Shown: positions 1-9,937 of the stretch, piece by piece | How the letters are laid out: every line of letters starts with the position of its first letter | Position numbering within the stretch: the first letter of the stretch is position 1 | Source: a virus | Taxonomy: Duplodnaviria; Caudoviricetes | DNA: 54,759 nucleotides | Virus record (IMG/VR): IMGVR_UViG_3300030389_001655 | Location: 1 to 54,759 of that record | Direction: 5' to 3' (one strand) | Program-made: the position numbers and the translations under genes | The notes under the pieces: generated by a model | Told to the model about the DNA's origin: nothing | What the model saw: only the letters and a program-made list of their open reading frames with translations | Database searches by the model: none

Positions 1-1
1 A

Positions 2-304
2 GTACAACAAGCAAAATTTTATGATGTAACAAATTCAGCAGATGTTTTTGTAGGCGAAGAATTAGGAAGTAGAAATAGATGCACAATAGCACATAGAGCT
101 TCACATTATGATGCAAATGATCCAGATCAAATGACCATGAGAGGATTTATTCCAGCAAGTAACACAACTGCTAGAACATATACAATACATTTTCGTTGTG
201 AGGCTTCTGGAACTAATTATGATTTTGTTCAATCACATGGCGACACCACTTCTTATGGATGGTCTTGTCCATTCATATTTACTATAAAAGAAATTAAAGG
301 TTAA
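2..304 (+). CDS. Partial (5'-truncated) tail-fibre-associated beta-rich protein
   Basis: Open frame from base 2 (VQQAKFYD...FTIKEIKG) to TAA 302-304, translated by hand; lies in the tail gene cluster. Confidence 0.6.
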   Translation, partial: VQQAKFYDVTNSADVFVGEELGSRNRCTIAHRASHYDANDPDQMTMRGFIPASNTTARTYTIHFRCEASGTNYDFVQSHGDTTSYGWSCPFIFTIKEIKG

Positions 305-306
305 TT

Positions 307-765
307 ATGCCATATATAGGAAGATCAGAAAATTTTGGAGTAAGAAGTAGGTTTCAGTATCAAGCAACCGCTAGTCAAACGAGCTTCAGTGGTTCAGATG
401 CTAATTCTTTATCTCTAAGTTACAATGATTCAAGATACATGGATGTCTATCAAAATGGTGTATTGCTTGTACCAGGCACAGACTATACTGCAACTACTGG
501 TACGACTGTTGTATTAGTTCAAGCAGCCAGTTTAAATGACATAGTAGAAATGGTCGTTTATGATGTCTTTACAGTTGCCAACTCTTACACAAAAAATGAG
601 TCAGATACGAGGTATCCTTTTAAGGGAAACAATAGTATAATCAGATTAAATGGTCAGACTATTAGTGCAGACATAACCATAGACTCAGATGAAAATGGCG
701 TAAGTGCTGGACCTATAACACAATCAGCGACAGTTACTGTTAATGGTTATTGGAGTATCGTATGA
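307..765 (+). CDS. Tail fibre adaptor-like protein (paralog of 52450..52899)
   Basis: MPYIG start, DVYQNGVLL..DYT repeat unit, and C-terminal IRLNGQTISADITI..NGVSAGPIT..VTVNG matching FRTNAQSLTSNITI..NAQVTGPLT..LTVESG of 52450. Confidence 0.6.
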   Translation: MPYIGRSENFGVRSRFQYQATASQTSFSGSDANSLSLSYNDSRYMDVYQNGVLLVPGTDYTATTGTTVVLVQAASLNDIVEMVVYDVFTVANSYTKNESDTRYPFKGNNSIIRLNGQTISADITIDSDENGVSAGPITQSATVTVNGYWSIV

Positions 766-1190
766 CAAGTCAACTCAATGTAGATACCATTGTAGATAAA
801 GCAGGTAGTGGTGGCACGAATGTTAAGATAGCTAACACTTCTACCCATGTATCTGATGGTGGTAGTGCTACACAGAATACTGTTCAAGGGTTATTAAAAG
901 TTTGGCTTAACATGGCTGCTAATGGTGCTTCTATTGATGACAGTTTTAACATAAGTAGCGTAACTGATAATGCAGCAGGTAATTTAAATCCTCAATATGC
1001 AAATGTTTTCAGTGGAGCTAGTAATTTAGCCATGACAGTTGGTGCTAGAAATTCTGGCACAAGTGGAATGGTTTATACTGCTGCTTTAATATCAACAACA
1101 GGTCAAGGTGGCTTTGTTCATTATGAAAATGGTAGTACAGCAGATCCTTTAGATTGGACAGGCTTACAAATATCAGGAGATTTAGCATAA
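762..1190 (+). CDS. GDLA-family tail-tip paralog, type A
   Basis: ATG at 762 overlaps the upstream stop (ATGA); KVW..DSFNISSVTD core; ends GDLA. Confidence 0.65.
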   Translation: MTSQLNVDTIVDKAGSGGTNVKIANTSTHVSDGGSATQNTVQGLLKVWLNMAANGASIDDSFNISSVTDNAAGNLNPQYANVFSGASNLAMTVGARNSGTSGMVYTAALISTTGQGGFVHYENGSTADPLDWTGLQISGDLA

Positions 1191-1600
1191 TGGCAAGTGA
1201 ACTTAAAGTAGATAAATTTACAGGCGTAACCACAGCAGGTTCTATTGATGTTACAGGTGAAGGCAATAGTACGACAACTAATCTGCAACAAGGGTTGGCT
1301 AAAGCATTTTCAAGTATAAATGGTGCTAGCACAGCGGCAACGCGAGGCACATTTAATATGTCATCATTAAATGATACTGGAACTGGTCAATATACAATTA
1401 CTATTACGAATCCTATGGCTAATACAAACTATACTGGTCACTTTTCAAGTGGTGATCATGATGATACTTCTGACAGTTTTACAAGACAGTTTATTCATAC
1501 TTTAAATACAGCAAATATATCTGTGTTTATCGCTCAAACTGCGAGTAGTTATTATGATACCACATATATTGGTTGTACAATTCACGGAGACCTCGCATAA
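1190..1600 (+). CDS. GDLA-family tail-tip paralog, type B
   Basis: TAATG coupling at 1190; TGEG.STTTNLQQGL motif; ends GDLA. Confidence 0.65.
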   Translation: MASELKVDKFTGVTTAGSIDVTGEGNSTTTNLQQGLAKAFSSINGASTAATRGTFNMSSLNDTGTGQYTITITNPMANTNYTGHFSSGDHDDTSDSFTRQFIHTLNTANISVFIAQTASSYYDTTYIGCTIHGDLA

Positions 1601-2007
1601 TGGCTAGTATATTAAGAGTAAACACATTAACAGATGCAAGTAGTAATAATAGTATTGCTACGAGTGTACTATTCAATGGCACTGCTAAAGCATGGGCAAC
1701 TTGTATAACGCAAAGCAGTACAGCTATAAGAGATTCTTATAATAATGCTTCTTTGACTGACAATGGAACTGGAGACACAACATTTACACTCACAAGTAAT
1801 ATGGTTAATGATGATTATTTTTTCGGAACTTGTCATGCTTATTACAATAATGCCTATCCTAGAAGTACTGGTGGAGTAAGGTCAATAAATTATTTAACAA
1901 CATCAACAATAAGAGTTGAGCAGAATTATTGTTCTACTTTTGGTTCGGGAGAAACCTATGAAGATACCTATGCTAAAGGTTATCAAATGCAAGGAGACTT
2001 AGCATGA
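1600..2007 (+). CDS. GDLA-family tail-tip paralog, type C
   Basis: TAATG coupling at 1600; FNGTAKAW..AIRDS motif; ends GDLA. Confidence 0.65.
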   Translation: MASILRVNTLTDASSNNSIATSVLFNGTAKAWATCITQSSTAIRDSYNNASLTDNGTGDTTFTLTSNMVNDDYFFGTCHAYYNNAYPRSTGGVRSINYLTTSTIRVEQNYCSTFGSGETYEDTYAKGYQMQGDLA

Positions 2008-3122
2008 GTAAAGCAGCAGAATTAGCAAAGATGGGTGAAGTTCTAACCAATAGTCAGCTTGGGGGTCGGCGGAATATTGTAATTAATGGAGCAATGCAAT
2101 GTTCGCAAAGAAGTACGTCAGCCACATCTATAACATCAACTGGTTATCACGCTTTAGATAGATTCAAATTATTATACACAGATGCTGGTACATGGACAAT
2201 GTCTCAATCATCAACTGCACCAAATGGATTTGCTAATAGTTTAAAATTAGATTGTACTTCAGCTAAATCTTCTTTGGCTTCAGACAGTAGATTATTTTTA
2301 ATGCAGCTTATTGAAGCACAGGATTTACAGCAACTGAAAAAAGGCACATCAGAATCTGAATATGTAACACTTAGTTTTTATGTGCGTTCAAATAAAACTG
2401 GGACTTATCAAGTTAATATTGAGGACAATGATAATGTAAGAATTATTGGTTCAACTTACACAATTAGCTCTGCTGATACATGGGAAAGAAAAGTGATACC
2501 TTTTGTTGGTGATACAAGTGGTACATTACCTGATGACACTGGTGATGGTTTTAATATTATGTGGGCATTGGTTGCAGGAACAGATAACTCATCTGGTGCA
2601 GTTCCTACTGCATGGGAGTCTAAAGTCAATACAGACAGAGGTGCAGGTTTAGGAGTTAATCTTGCAGATAGCACGGACAATGAATGGTACATTACAGGAG
2701 TACAACTTGAAGTTGGTAATTATCCTGGTGGTACTCCATTTGAGCATAGGTCATTTGGGGAAGAACTAGCTTTGTGTCAAAGATATTTTAATATTTTTGG
2801 TAAAGCAGAAACTGGAAACAATTATGAAAACTTTGGAACAGTTGTTGCTTTTGGAACTGGTGCAGGAGACCATAGGATGCAAATGACAATGCCTACCACT
2901 ATGAGAGCAATACCAACTGTAGGAAATTCTGGAAGTTTTGCTTGTATAGGTCAAGTAGATGGTGGTGGTCAACTTTCTTCCATAGGATTAGCAGATGGTG
3001 GCAGTAAAACCATAATAGGACTAAATCTAACCATGAATGCTGGAAATGTTGTAGGAGATGTTTCACCATTTAGGTCAAACAATGATGCAGACGCATTTAT
3101 AAGTTTTGATGCAGAATTATAG
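2004..3122 (+). CDS. Tail fibre / carbohydrate-binding-type protein
   Basis: RRNIVINGAM..QR and ITGVQLEVG..TPFEHRSFGEELALCQRY motifs, typical of aquatic-phage tail fibre domains. Confidence 0.7.
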   Translation: MSKAAELAKMGEVLTNSQLGGRRNIVINGAMQCSQRSTSATSITSTGYHALDRFKLLYTDAGTWTMSQSSTAPNGFANSLKLDCTSAKSSLASDSRLFLMQLIEAQDLQQLKKGTSESEYVTLSFYVRSNKTGTYQVNIEDNDNVRIIGSTYTISSADTWERKVIPFVGDTSGTLPDDTGDGFNIMWALVAGTDNSSGAVPTAWESKVNTDRGAGLGVNLADSTDNEWYITGVQLEVGNYPGGTPFEHRSFGEELALCQRYFNIFGKAETGNNYENFGTVVAFGTGAGDHRMQMTMPTTMRAIPTVGNSGSFACIGQVDGGGQLSSIGLADGGSKTIIGLNLTMNAGNVVGDVSPFRSNNDADAFISFDAEL

Positions 3123-3130
3123 AGGTAAAT

Positions 3131-3307
3131 ATGTTAATTGAAAATGCACAATATGTTTTAACACATGGAACAACAGAAAATTCATCAATCAATTGTACAA
3201 TAGATGGAGTTGCAATGTCTGTCCCTATGGATACTGACAACAGACATTACGCAGAAATACTAAAACAAGTTGCAGAAGGTAAACTGACCATCAAGGATGC
3301 TGAGTAA
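3131..3307 (+). CDS. Small tail-fibre-associated protein (58 aa, not in ORF track)
   Basis: GAGG RBS; MLIENAQY...VPMDTDNRHYAEIL...DAE; stop overlaps the next ATG. Confidence 0.65.
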   Translation: MLIENAQYVLTHGTTENSSINCTIDGVAMSVPMDTDNRHYAEILKQVAEGKLTIKDAE

Positions 3308-3729
3308 TGTTTGGTAACTCTTCTTTCGCTGAAGCCGCCTTTGCAAATGTAGGAGGCGTTTTACAAGTTGCTACAGCAGAGATGAGTGCTCTCGGCACTA
3401 GCTCAAGTATAGGTTCTGGAACACTTGTTGGCGTTTCATCACTAAGCGGTAACTTTACTCAAACAACAGCAGGTATATTTATTACTGGCAGTGTTAACGC
3501 AGAAGTTAGCTCTAACTTTACACAAACTACTGAAGATATAAAGGTAGTTAACTTTACAGATGTTACCATGTCTAGCATCTTTACTAAGACAACAAGTGCT
3601 ATAGCTATACTTTCTGGTGTGTCTTCACAAGATTTAAATTTTACAAAAACAACTTCTGGAGATATACTGTATGTAGCTATTGTGCCAGAACCAAGTGGTG
3701 CAGAAACATACACAGAAATAAACGCATGA
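3307..3729 (+). CDS. Virion structural protein
   Basis: MFGNSSFAEAAFA N-terminus; Thr/Ser-rich internal repeats; context. Confidence 0.55.
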   Translation: MFGNSSFAEAAFANVGGVLQVATAEMSALGTSSSIGSGTLVGVSSLSGNFTQTTAGIFITGSVNAEVSSNFTQTTEDIKVVNFTDVTMSSIFTKTTSAIAILSGVSSQDLNFTKTTSGDILYVAIVPEPSGAETYTEINA

Positions 3730-3736
3730 GGGATAT

Positions 3737-4621
3737 ATGCCAAGTTCTTATACAGCAAATTTAGGAGTAGAAAAAATAGGTTCTGGTGAACAAGCTGGAA
3801 CTTGGGGGACAACGACTAATTTAAATCTAGATATTATAGACAGAGCCGTAAATGGTGTAGGAGCTATCACACTATCTGGCACATCACATACATTGACCAC
3901 AACTGACGGAGCATTGTCAGAGGGTGGTAATAAAGTTCTTGTATTAGGTGGATCGCCATCTGGTACAAACACAATTACAATATCACCAAACGATCAAGAT
4001 AAAATGTATTTTGTACATAACAACTCTGGTCAAACTGCAACTTTTACACAAGGTTCTGGTGGCAATGTATCTATTCCAGACGGATCAAAAGGTCTTATCT
4101 TTGCAGATGGTGCAGGCTCTGGTGCTAAAGTTACTGATTTACTTGATGGTTTTGCTTTTGGTGGTACAAAAGTAACTGCTACAGGAGCAGAACTTAATCT
4201 TATGGATGGTGGTACAAGTGCTGGAACCACGGCTGTTGCCGATGGCGATGGCATTGTAACCAATGATGGTGGCACAATGAGACAAACAACTGCCGCTACT
4301 TTTTCTACCTATTTCAATGCAAATCTTGTAACTGTACCAAGTGCCATAACATCGTCCTCTGCTACACTTACGCCCTCTGCAGCACAATCAATATATCAAA
4401 AGGTAGATACTTCTAGTAATAATGTAGCGTTAACATTAGCTATAGGTAGTTTAGCCATTGGACAATATATTATTATAGATAAAACAAGTTCTTCTAACAC
4501 GCTAACAATAAGTTACCCGTCTAACTCTCAAGGTGTGAGTCTTGGTAATTCAGCATCTTTTGCTATAGCCATAAATCAAAATGGTTCTATTTTTACTTTT
4601 ATCGAGTCTGTTAAATTTTAG
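3737..4621 (+). CDS. Tail protein
   Basis: SSYT..LG.EKIGSGEQAGTWGTTTN.NL N-terminus common in podovirus-like tail proteins; Gly/Thr/Ser-rich. Confidence 0.65.
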   Translation: MPSSYTANLGVEKIGSGEQAGTWGTTTNLNLDIIDRAVNGVGAITLSGTSHTLTTTDGALSEGGNKVLVLGGSPSGTNTITISPNDQDKMYFVHNNSGQTATFTQGSGGNVSIPDGSKGLIFADGAGSGAKVTDLLDGFAFGGTKVTATGAELNLMDGGTSAGTTAVADGDGIVTNDGGTMRQTTAATFSTYFNANLVTVPSAITSSSATLTPSAAQSIYQKVDTSSNNVALTLAIGSLAIGQYIIIDKTSSSNTLTISYPSNSQGVSLGNSASFAIAINQNGSIFTFIESVKF

Positions 4622-4628
4622 GTGATTA

Positions 4629-5789
4629 ATGTCAATACCATTAATAGGAAATGTAGGTTTTACAGAAATAAGTTCAGCAGGTAGTTTAACGACTGCTGCT
4701 AGTACAAAAATTGGACTACCTATACAATTATTTAAACTCACAAGTTCTATATCTGGTCAACTAACATTGATAGAAAATAGTAATCACAAAAAAGTTATAA
4801 TTGATACAAATGGTAATAATATAATTAATTCTTCTGGATCACCTTTAAATGTTGATTGTCCGTCTGGTGTACCAGTGGAATTAAAAGGTAGTGGTAATGT
4901 ACAGTCTACAGTCAAAACATTTACAAGTGCAGTGACCGATACAAGTAATACTGGAACTACTACTATTGCAGAAGCTGGTAATTCAACACTTGCAGTTACA
5001 ACTAATCATACTTTCACAGAGCAACTTATAGATGATAACAGAAGTGCAGGTGGTGGTGCTTCTTTTGGTGATGGTTTTACAACAGTAACAAGTCCAAAAG
5101 ATGGTTCAGTAAGTAGAATGGTAAATGAAACATATTACTCTTCAACTAATGCCACAAATTTTGGAGGAAATGATTTAGATAATATAGATCGTTCTGATTT
5201 TGGTATGTCTTTTTCTCATGCTTTCTTAGAGGATGGAACTCCAATTAGTGGTCGTATTTCAGGTCCATCAACGCCAGGTGGAACGGGAGGCACAAGTACA
5301 TTTGATGGAAGTACTTCAAAGCGACCAAGTGAAAATGCAGTATATAGCGGATACCGATATATGAAATGGAATAATGCTTTAGTTGGAGTTAATAATGGCA
5401 ACTCTGGTAATTTTGATATCGAAATATTTATTAATTCAGCAAACGGGGCGGCAGTGGTAGCAATCATAGGTGGTCGTGGAGCTTTTAACCAAATTAAAAA
5501 TGTTGATGTATTTACTACATCAACTGGTAGAAAATTTACTTTTACAAATAACACAAGTCATACAATTACATTGTCTGGTAGTGATCCATACTCAAGCACA
5601 TCCGTTAGTGCAAGTGGTACTGGTGTTGTTAATAGAGATTCAACAGATGGTTCATTTAGTATTACTGGTACGTTTCCAGATACAAATGATGCTGGTGCTC
5701 CTTTGTCATCACTTGGACTTAATGAAACATCTTCAACAACTGTCAATGTGGACAATCACACTGGCACTAACTCCGTAAAGGCGTTCTAA
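4629..5789 (+). CDS. Putative tail/spike protein
   Basis: 386 aa Ser/Thr/Gly/Asn-rich ORF in the tail operon. Confidence 0.5.
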   Translation: MSIPLIGNVGFTEISSAGSLTTAASTKIGLPIQLFKLTSSISGQLTLIENSNHKKVIIDTNGNNIINSSGSPLNVDCPSGVPVELKGSGNVQSTVKTFTSAVTDTSNTGTTTIAEAGNSTLAVTTNHTFTEQLIDDNRSAGGGASFGDGFTTVTSPKDGSVSRMVNETYYSSTNATNFGGNDLDNIDRSDFGMSFSHAFLEDGTPISGRISGPSTPGGTGGTSTFDGSTSKRPSENAVYSGYRYMKWNNALVGVNNGNSGNFDIEIFINSANGAAVVAIIGGRGAFNQIKNVDVFTTSTGRKFTFTNNTSHTITLSGSDPYSSTSVSASGTGVVNRDSTDGSFSITGTFPDTNDAGAPLSSLGLNETSSTTVNVDNHTGTNSVKAF

Positions 5790-7930
5790 TGCCAATAAAA
5801 ACTTTAAAATTTAAACCTGGTATTGTAAAAGACATAACATCTTATGCTAACGAAGGTGGGTATGTTGATGGTGACAAGATACGTTTTCGTTTTGGTTTTC
5901 CAGAAAAAATAGGTGGTTGGGTTAAGTTTAGTCCAAACTCTTACGAGGGCACGGCTAGAAGATTACATAACTGGGTTGCTCTTGATGGATCTGACTTCTT
6001 AGGTGTTGGATCACACTTAAAATATTATATTGAAGAAGGTCAAACTTTTAATGACATCACTCCTATTAGAAGCACAACAAGTGCTGGTGACGTTACCTTT
6101 GCTGCAACAAATGGGTCAACAACAATAACTGTAACGGATCAAGCACATGGAGCTATAGCAGGTGATTTTGTAACTTTTTCTGATGCAGCTAGTCTAGGCG
6201 GTAATATTACAGCCGATGTCTTAAATATAGAATATCAAATACAAACTTTTGTAAATTCTAATACTTACACAATAACTTCTGCCGTTGCAGCTAATTCATC
6301 AGATTCTGGTAATGGTGGCGGTAGCACAGTAGGAACATATCAAATAAACACAGGACTAGACAACACAGTTGGTGGTACAGGTTGGGGTGCAGGTCAATGG
6401 AGTGGTACAACAAGTGGTGGTTTATCAACAACAATTAATGAGGGTGGCACATTTAGTGATTCAGATACAACACTTACAGTAACAAGTGGCACTGGTATAG
6501 CAAACAATGATTTTATATTAATTGATCAAGAAATTTTAAAAGTAACAAACGTGTCCACTAACGATCTAACAGTAACAAGAGCACAAAACGGAACTATAGC
6601 AGCCACTCATGCTGATGGAGCAACTGTATTTTTAATTGTAGGTAATGCCTCATCTGCTGATGACTTTGTAGGTTGGGGTGATGCTGCAAGTGTTACAGTA
6701 CCTGGTGCACAAATTAGAACTTGGTCACACGACAATTTTGGAGAGGATTTAATTATAAATGCAAGAGATAGTAGTTTATTTTATTGGGATAAAACATTAG
6801 GTACAAGTGCTAGAGCTATAGAACTTAGTGCAACCTCTACCTTTAGTGGAGAAAAAAGTGTGCCTACCATAGCAAAACAAGTTTTAGTATCTGATGTTGA
6901 TCGTCACGTTATAGCTTTTGGTTGTGATGGAGTGGGTGGTAGCTCCTCGGCAACACAAGGAGATGGCGTGCAAGATCCACTGCTTATAAGATTTAGTAGT
7001 CAAGAAAATCCAGTAGACTGGTTTCCAACTGCAACAAATACTGCAGGTGATTTAAGACTTGGTGCAGGCTCTACTTTTGTACAGGCTGTTGAAACAAAAA
7101 GAGAGATACTTGTTTATACAGATAAGTCTTTACATTCCATGAGATTTATAGGTCCGCCATTTACTTTTGGTATTACACAGATTGCATCTAATATAACCAT
7201 TATGTCACCAAGTGCAGCTATTGCTACAGAAGATGTGGTGTATTGGATGGGTATTGATAACTTTTATGTACACGCTGGACAAACTGCACAATTGCCTTGC
7301 ACAGTCAAAGATGAAGTATTTACAAACTTTAACTTAGAAGAAAAAGATAAAGTTATTGCGGGTATTAATTCTGAGTTTGGTGAGGTTTGGTGGTTCTATC
7401 CGTCAGCAAGTGCATCAGAAAATGATAAATATGTTATTTGGAATTATGTAGAAAAGGTGTGGTACTTTGGAACTTTATCTAGGACAGCTTGGTTAGATCG
7501 TGGCATAAGAAACTTTCCGATTGCTGCAAGCACACCACATTTATTTAACCATGAATCTGGGTTTGATGATGACACTTCTGCCATGACTGCGTTTATAGAA
7601 ACTGCTCCGATGGATATAGGAGACGGAGATAAGTTTGTATCTCTTAAAAGAGTTATACCAGATCTTACATTTACTGGATCTGTAACTGGGAGCTCTCCAA
7701 ACGCAACATTTACAGTCAAAGCAAGAGATTTTCCTGGCTCTGACTTTGATCAAACAGGCACTGGCACAACATCAAGAACCGCAACAAGTCCAGTTGAACA
7801 ATTTACAGAAAAATTAGATTATAGAATTAGAGGCAGATCTTTTGCAATAAGACTTGATTCTAGTGCATTAGGGTGTAAATTTAAGATGGGAACACCCAGA
7901 GTTGATATTAGAGAAGATGGAAGAAGATAA
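5789..7930 (+). CDS. Tail nozzle / DNA-stabilisation-like protein (P22 gp10 / T7 gp12-type role)
   Basis: 713 aa beta-rich protein (KIRFR.G.PEKIGGW, IRFSSQE, EVWWFYP); position before the internal virion genes. Confidence 0.6.
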   Translation: MPIKTLKFKPGIVKDITSYANEGGYVDGDKIRFRFGFPEKIGGWVKFSPNSYEGTARRLHNWVALDGSDFLGVGSHLKYYIEEGQTFNDITPIRSTTSAGDVTFAATNGSTTITVTDQAHGAIAGDFVTFSDAASLGGNITADVLNIEYQIQTFVNSNTYTITSAVAANSSDSGNGGGSTVGTYQINTGLDNTVGGTGWGAGQWSGTTSGGLSTTINEGGTFSDSDTTLTVTSGTGIANNDFILIDQEILKVTNVSTNDLTVTRAQNGTIAATHADGATVFLIVGNASSADDFVGWGDAASVTVPGAQIRTWSHDNFGEDLIINARDSSLFYWDKTLGTSARAIELSATSTFSGEKSVPTIAKQVLVSDVDRHVIAFGCDGVGGSSSATQGDGVQDPLLIRFSSQENPVDWFPTATNTAGDLRLGAGSTFVQAVETKREILVYTDKSLHSMRFIGPPFTFGITQIASNITIMSPSAAIATEDVVYWMGIDNFYVHAGQTAQLPCTVKDEVFTNFNLEEKDKVIAGINSEFGEVWWFYPSASASENDKYVIWNYVEKVWYFGTLSRTAWLDRGIRNFPIAASTPHLFNHESGFDDDTSAMTAFIETAPMDIGDGDKFVSLKRVIPDLTFTGSVTGSSPNATFTVKARDFPGSDFDQTGTGTTSRTATSPVEQFTEKLDYRIRGRSFAIRLDSSALGCKFKMGTPRVDIREDGRR

Positions 7931-8160
7931 TGGCATTAGTTGGCGTACCACCACCGAGGTTACCAGAACCACCTGAAGTTATAACTAGACAATATGTAGA
8001 GGATCTGGTGCGTTCTTTAGAAATTTTTATTTCACAAGAAAGAAACCCTGGTGAATTACGAGCAACAAAAATTACATTAACTGATTTACCAACAAGTTCT
8101 AGTGGCTTAGAAACTGGAGCATTATTTAATGATAGTGGGACAATAAAAATTGTTACATAG
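7930..8160 (+). CDS. Small virion-associated protein
   Basis: Translationally coupled; PPRLP..P and LPTSSSGL.TGAL motifs. Confidence 0.55.
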   Translation: MALVGVPPPRLPEPPEVITRQYVEDLVRSLEIFISQERNPGELRATKITLTDLPTSSSGLETGALFNDSGTIKIVT

Positions 8161-8192
8161 ACTAAAATATAATATTAAGGTATATTAATAGC

Positions 8193-9005
8193 ATGAGCCT
8201 AGGAAAACTTTTAAAAGATATAGCACCTGTTTTGATAGGAGCAACTTTAGGACCCGCTGTGGCTGGAACAGCAGTCAGTCCATTTATAAGTAGAGCAGTT
8301 GCAGGAGGCTTAACATCTAAATTAATGGGTGGAAAAACCAAAGATGCACTGAGAAATGCCCTAATTGCAGGAGTTGGTGGTGCTGCTTTTGATAGTTTTG
8401 GTGGAGGAGAGCAAGTTGTAAATCCAAATGCTGGTCAAACAATTGTTCGTGGAGCTGGAGGCGGAGGACAGGGAAGTGGAGCTTTTTTAGATAATAGAGG
8501 TGGAAATTTAGCAGCGGAGAGAATTTCAAAAAGCATTCCAACTGAAGTTGCAAATAAAGGCATTGCAGAAACCTTTAAGCCAAAAACATTTAGTGCAGAG
8601 CTTCTTAAATCTGCTGGAGTGGGTGGAGATAATTTACTTGCTCGATTACTTAACACACCTTTAGGAGAAGGCTTGACTGCTGGATTAATTGCACAATTAC
8701 TTTCTGGAGATGAAGAGGAACAAAAAAGAGAATTTGAACAAAGACCTTTTGGTGCTGGAGGACCAGGTGGCAGATTAGGTGGTATAACTTTTGCCAATCA
8801 AGGTGGAGAGATGGCATTCCCAAGACGTACAGGTGGCATAGACCCCTCTGAGGGATCTGGAACAAAAGATGATGTGCCTGCAATGCTTATGGCTGGTGAA
8901 TTTGTTTTAACTAAAGATGCTGTTAAAGGTTTAGGTGATGGTAATTCAAGAAAAGGCATACAAAGAGCTTATAATTTGATGGATGATTTGGAAGCGAGGG
9001 CATAA
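8193..9005 (+). CDS. Internal virion / ejection protein
   Basis: Gly/Ala-rich hydrophobic N-terminus; FANQGG...GSGTKDDVPAMLMAGEFVL motif of the kind seen in tape-measure and ejection proteins. Confidence 0.6.
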   Translation: MSLGKLLKDIAPVLIGATLGPAVAGTAVSPFISRAVAGGLTSKLMGGKTKDALRNALIAGVGGAAFDSFGGGEQVVNPNAGQTIVRGAGGGGQGSGAFLDNRGGNLAAERISKSIPTEVANKGIAETFKPKTFSAELLKSAGVGGDNLLARLLNTPLGEGLTAGLIAQLLSGDEEEQKREFEQRPFGAGGPGGRLGGITFANQGGEMAFPRRTGGIDPSEGSGTKDDVPAMLMAGEFVLTKDAVKGLGDGNSRKGIQRAYNLMDDLEARA

Positions 9006-9928
9006 TGGCTGTACAGACTGTAGAAAATATACAAAGATTACCCCCATTCTTAGAGGGTCTGCAAAAAAGACTATTGCAAACTGGATTTGGTGAGTTTGAT
9101 GGTGAAACTCAGACTACGCCAGGTCTACTCGATTCTCCCCTTGATTTGCCTCAATTTCAAATTGCAGGCATAGACCCTCTAAGAGAACGTGCAATAACAC
9201 TTGGAGAAAATTTAGTAGGATCTTTTAGACCATTTGTCGAAGGAGCTAGAGATCAGTCACTAGCTGGTCAACAAGCATTAACATCAGGATTACAATTTTT
9301 GCAGCCTGAAGCAATACAGCAATTTCAAAATCCGTTTCAACAACAAGTCATTGATAGAACAATGGCAGAGCTTGATAGACAGGCTGACATTAGAAGAGCT
9401 GGTGCTGATGCAGCAGCAGTAAGGTCTGGTGCTTTTGGTGGTTCAAGACAAGGTGTGCAAAGAGCTGAGACAGAAAGAGGATTGCAACAAGTTAAAGGTG
9501 ATACTTTATCAAGATTGCTTTCGCAAGGTTTTTCAAGTGCTTTACAAGCAGCACAGAATGCTGGTCGTTTATCTGGTGGTCTTGGGCAGGCTTTTGGAAC
9601 TTTAGCTGGAACTACAGGTGATATTGGAAGATTGCAACAAGCACTAGGGCAAGCTGATATATCACAACTAACTCAACTTGGTGCACTAAGACAAGGGCAA
9701 TCACAAGCGGAACTAGATGCACAAAGACAAAATTTATTACAATCAGCACAAGAACCATTTACAAGGTTGCAACTCGGACAGAACTTATTACAAGGTATGC
9801 CAAGTGCATCTATACCTTCAACATTTCAACAGGCTACATCACCTGGTGCAAATCCATTCTTGCAAGGTATTGGTGCTTATACAACATTGTCACAGATTGC
9901 ACCTTTTGGTGGTACAAAATCTGCGTAG
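9005..9928 (+). CDS. Internal virion / DNA transfer protein
   Basis: Gln-rich helical protein with NPFQQQVID and GAFGGSRQGV motifs. Confidence 0.6.
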   Translation: MAVQTVENIQRLPPFLEGLQKRLLQTGFGEFDGETQTTPGLLDSPLDLPQFQIAGIDPLRERAITLGENLVGSFRPFVEGARDQSLAGQQALTSGLQFLQPEAIQQFQNPFQQQVIDRTMAELDRQADIRRAGADAAAVRSGAFGGSRQGVQRAETERGLQQVKGDTLSRLLSQGFSSALQAAQNAGRLSGGLGQAFGTLAGTTGDIGRLQQALGQADISQLTQLGALRQGQSQAELDAQRQNLLQSAQEPFTRLQLGQNLLQGMPSASIPSTFQQATSPGANPFLQGIGAYTTLSQIAPFGGTKSA

Positions 9929-9937
9929 GGTAGGAAT

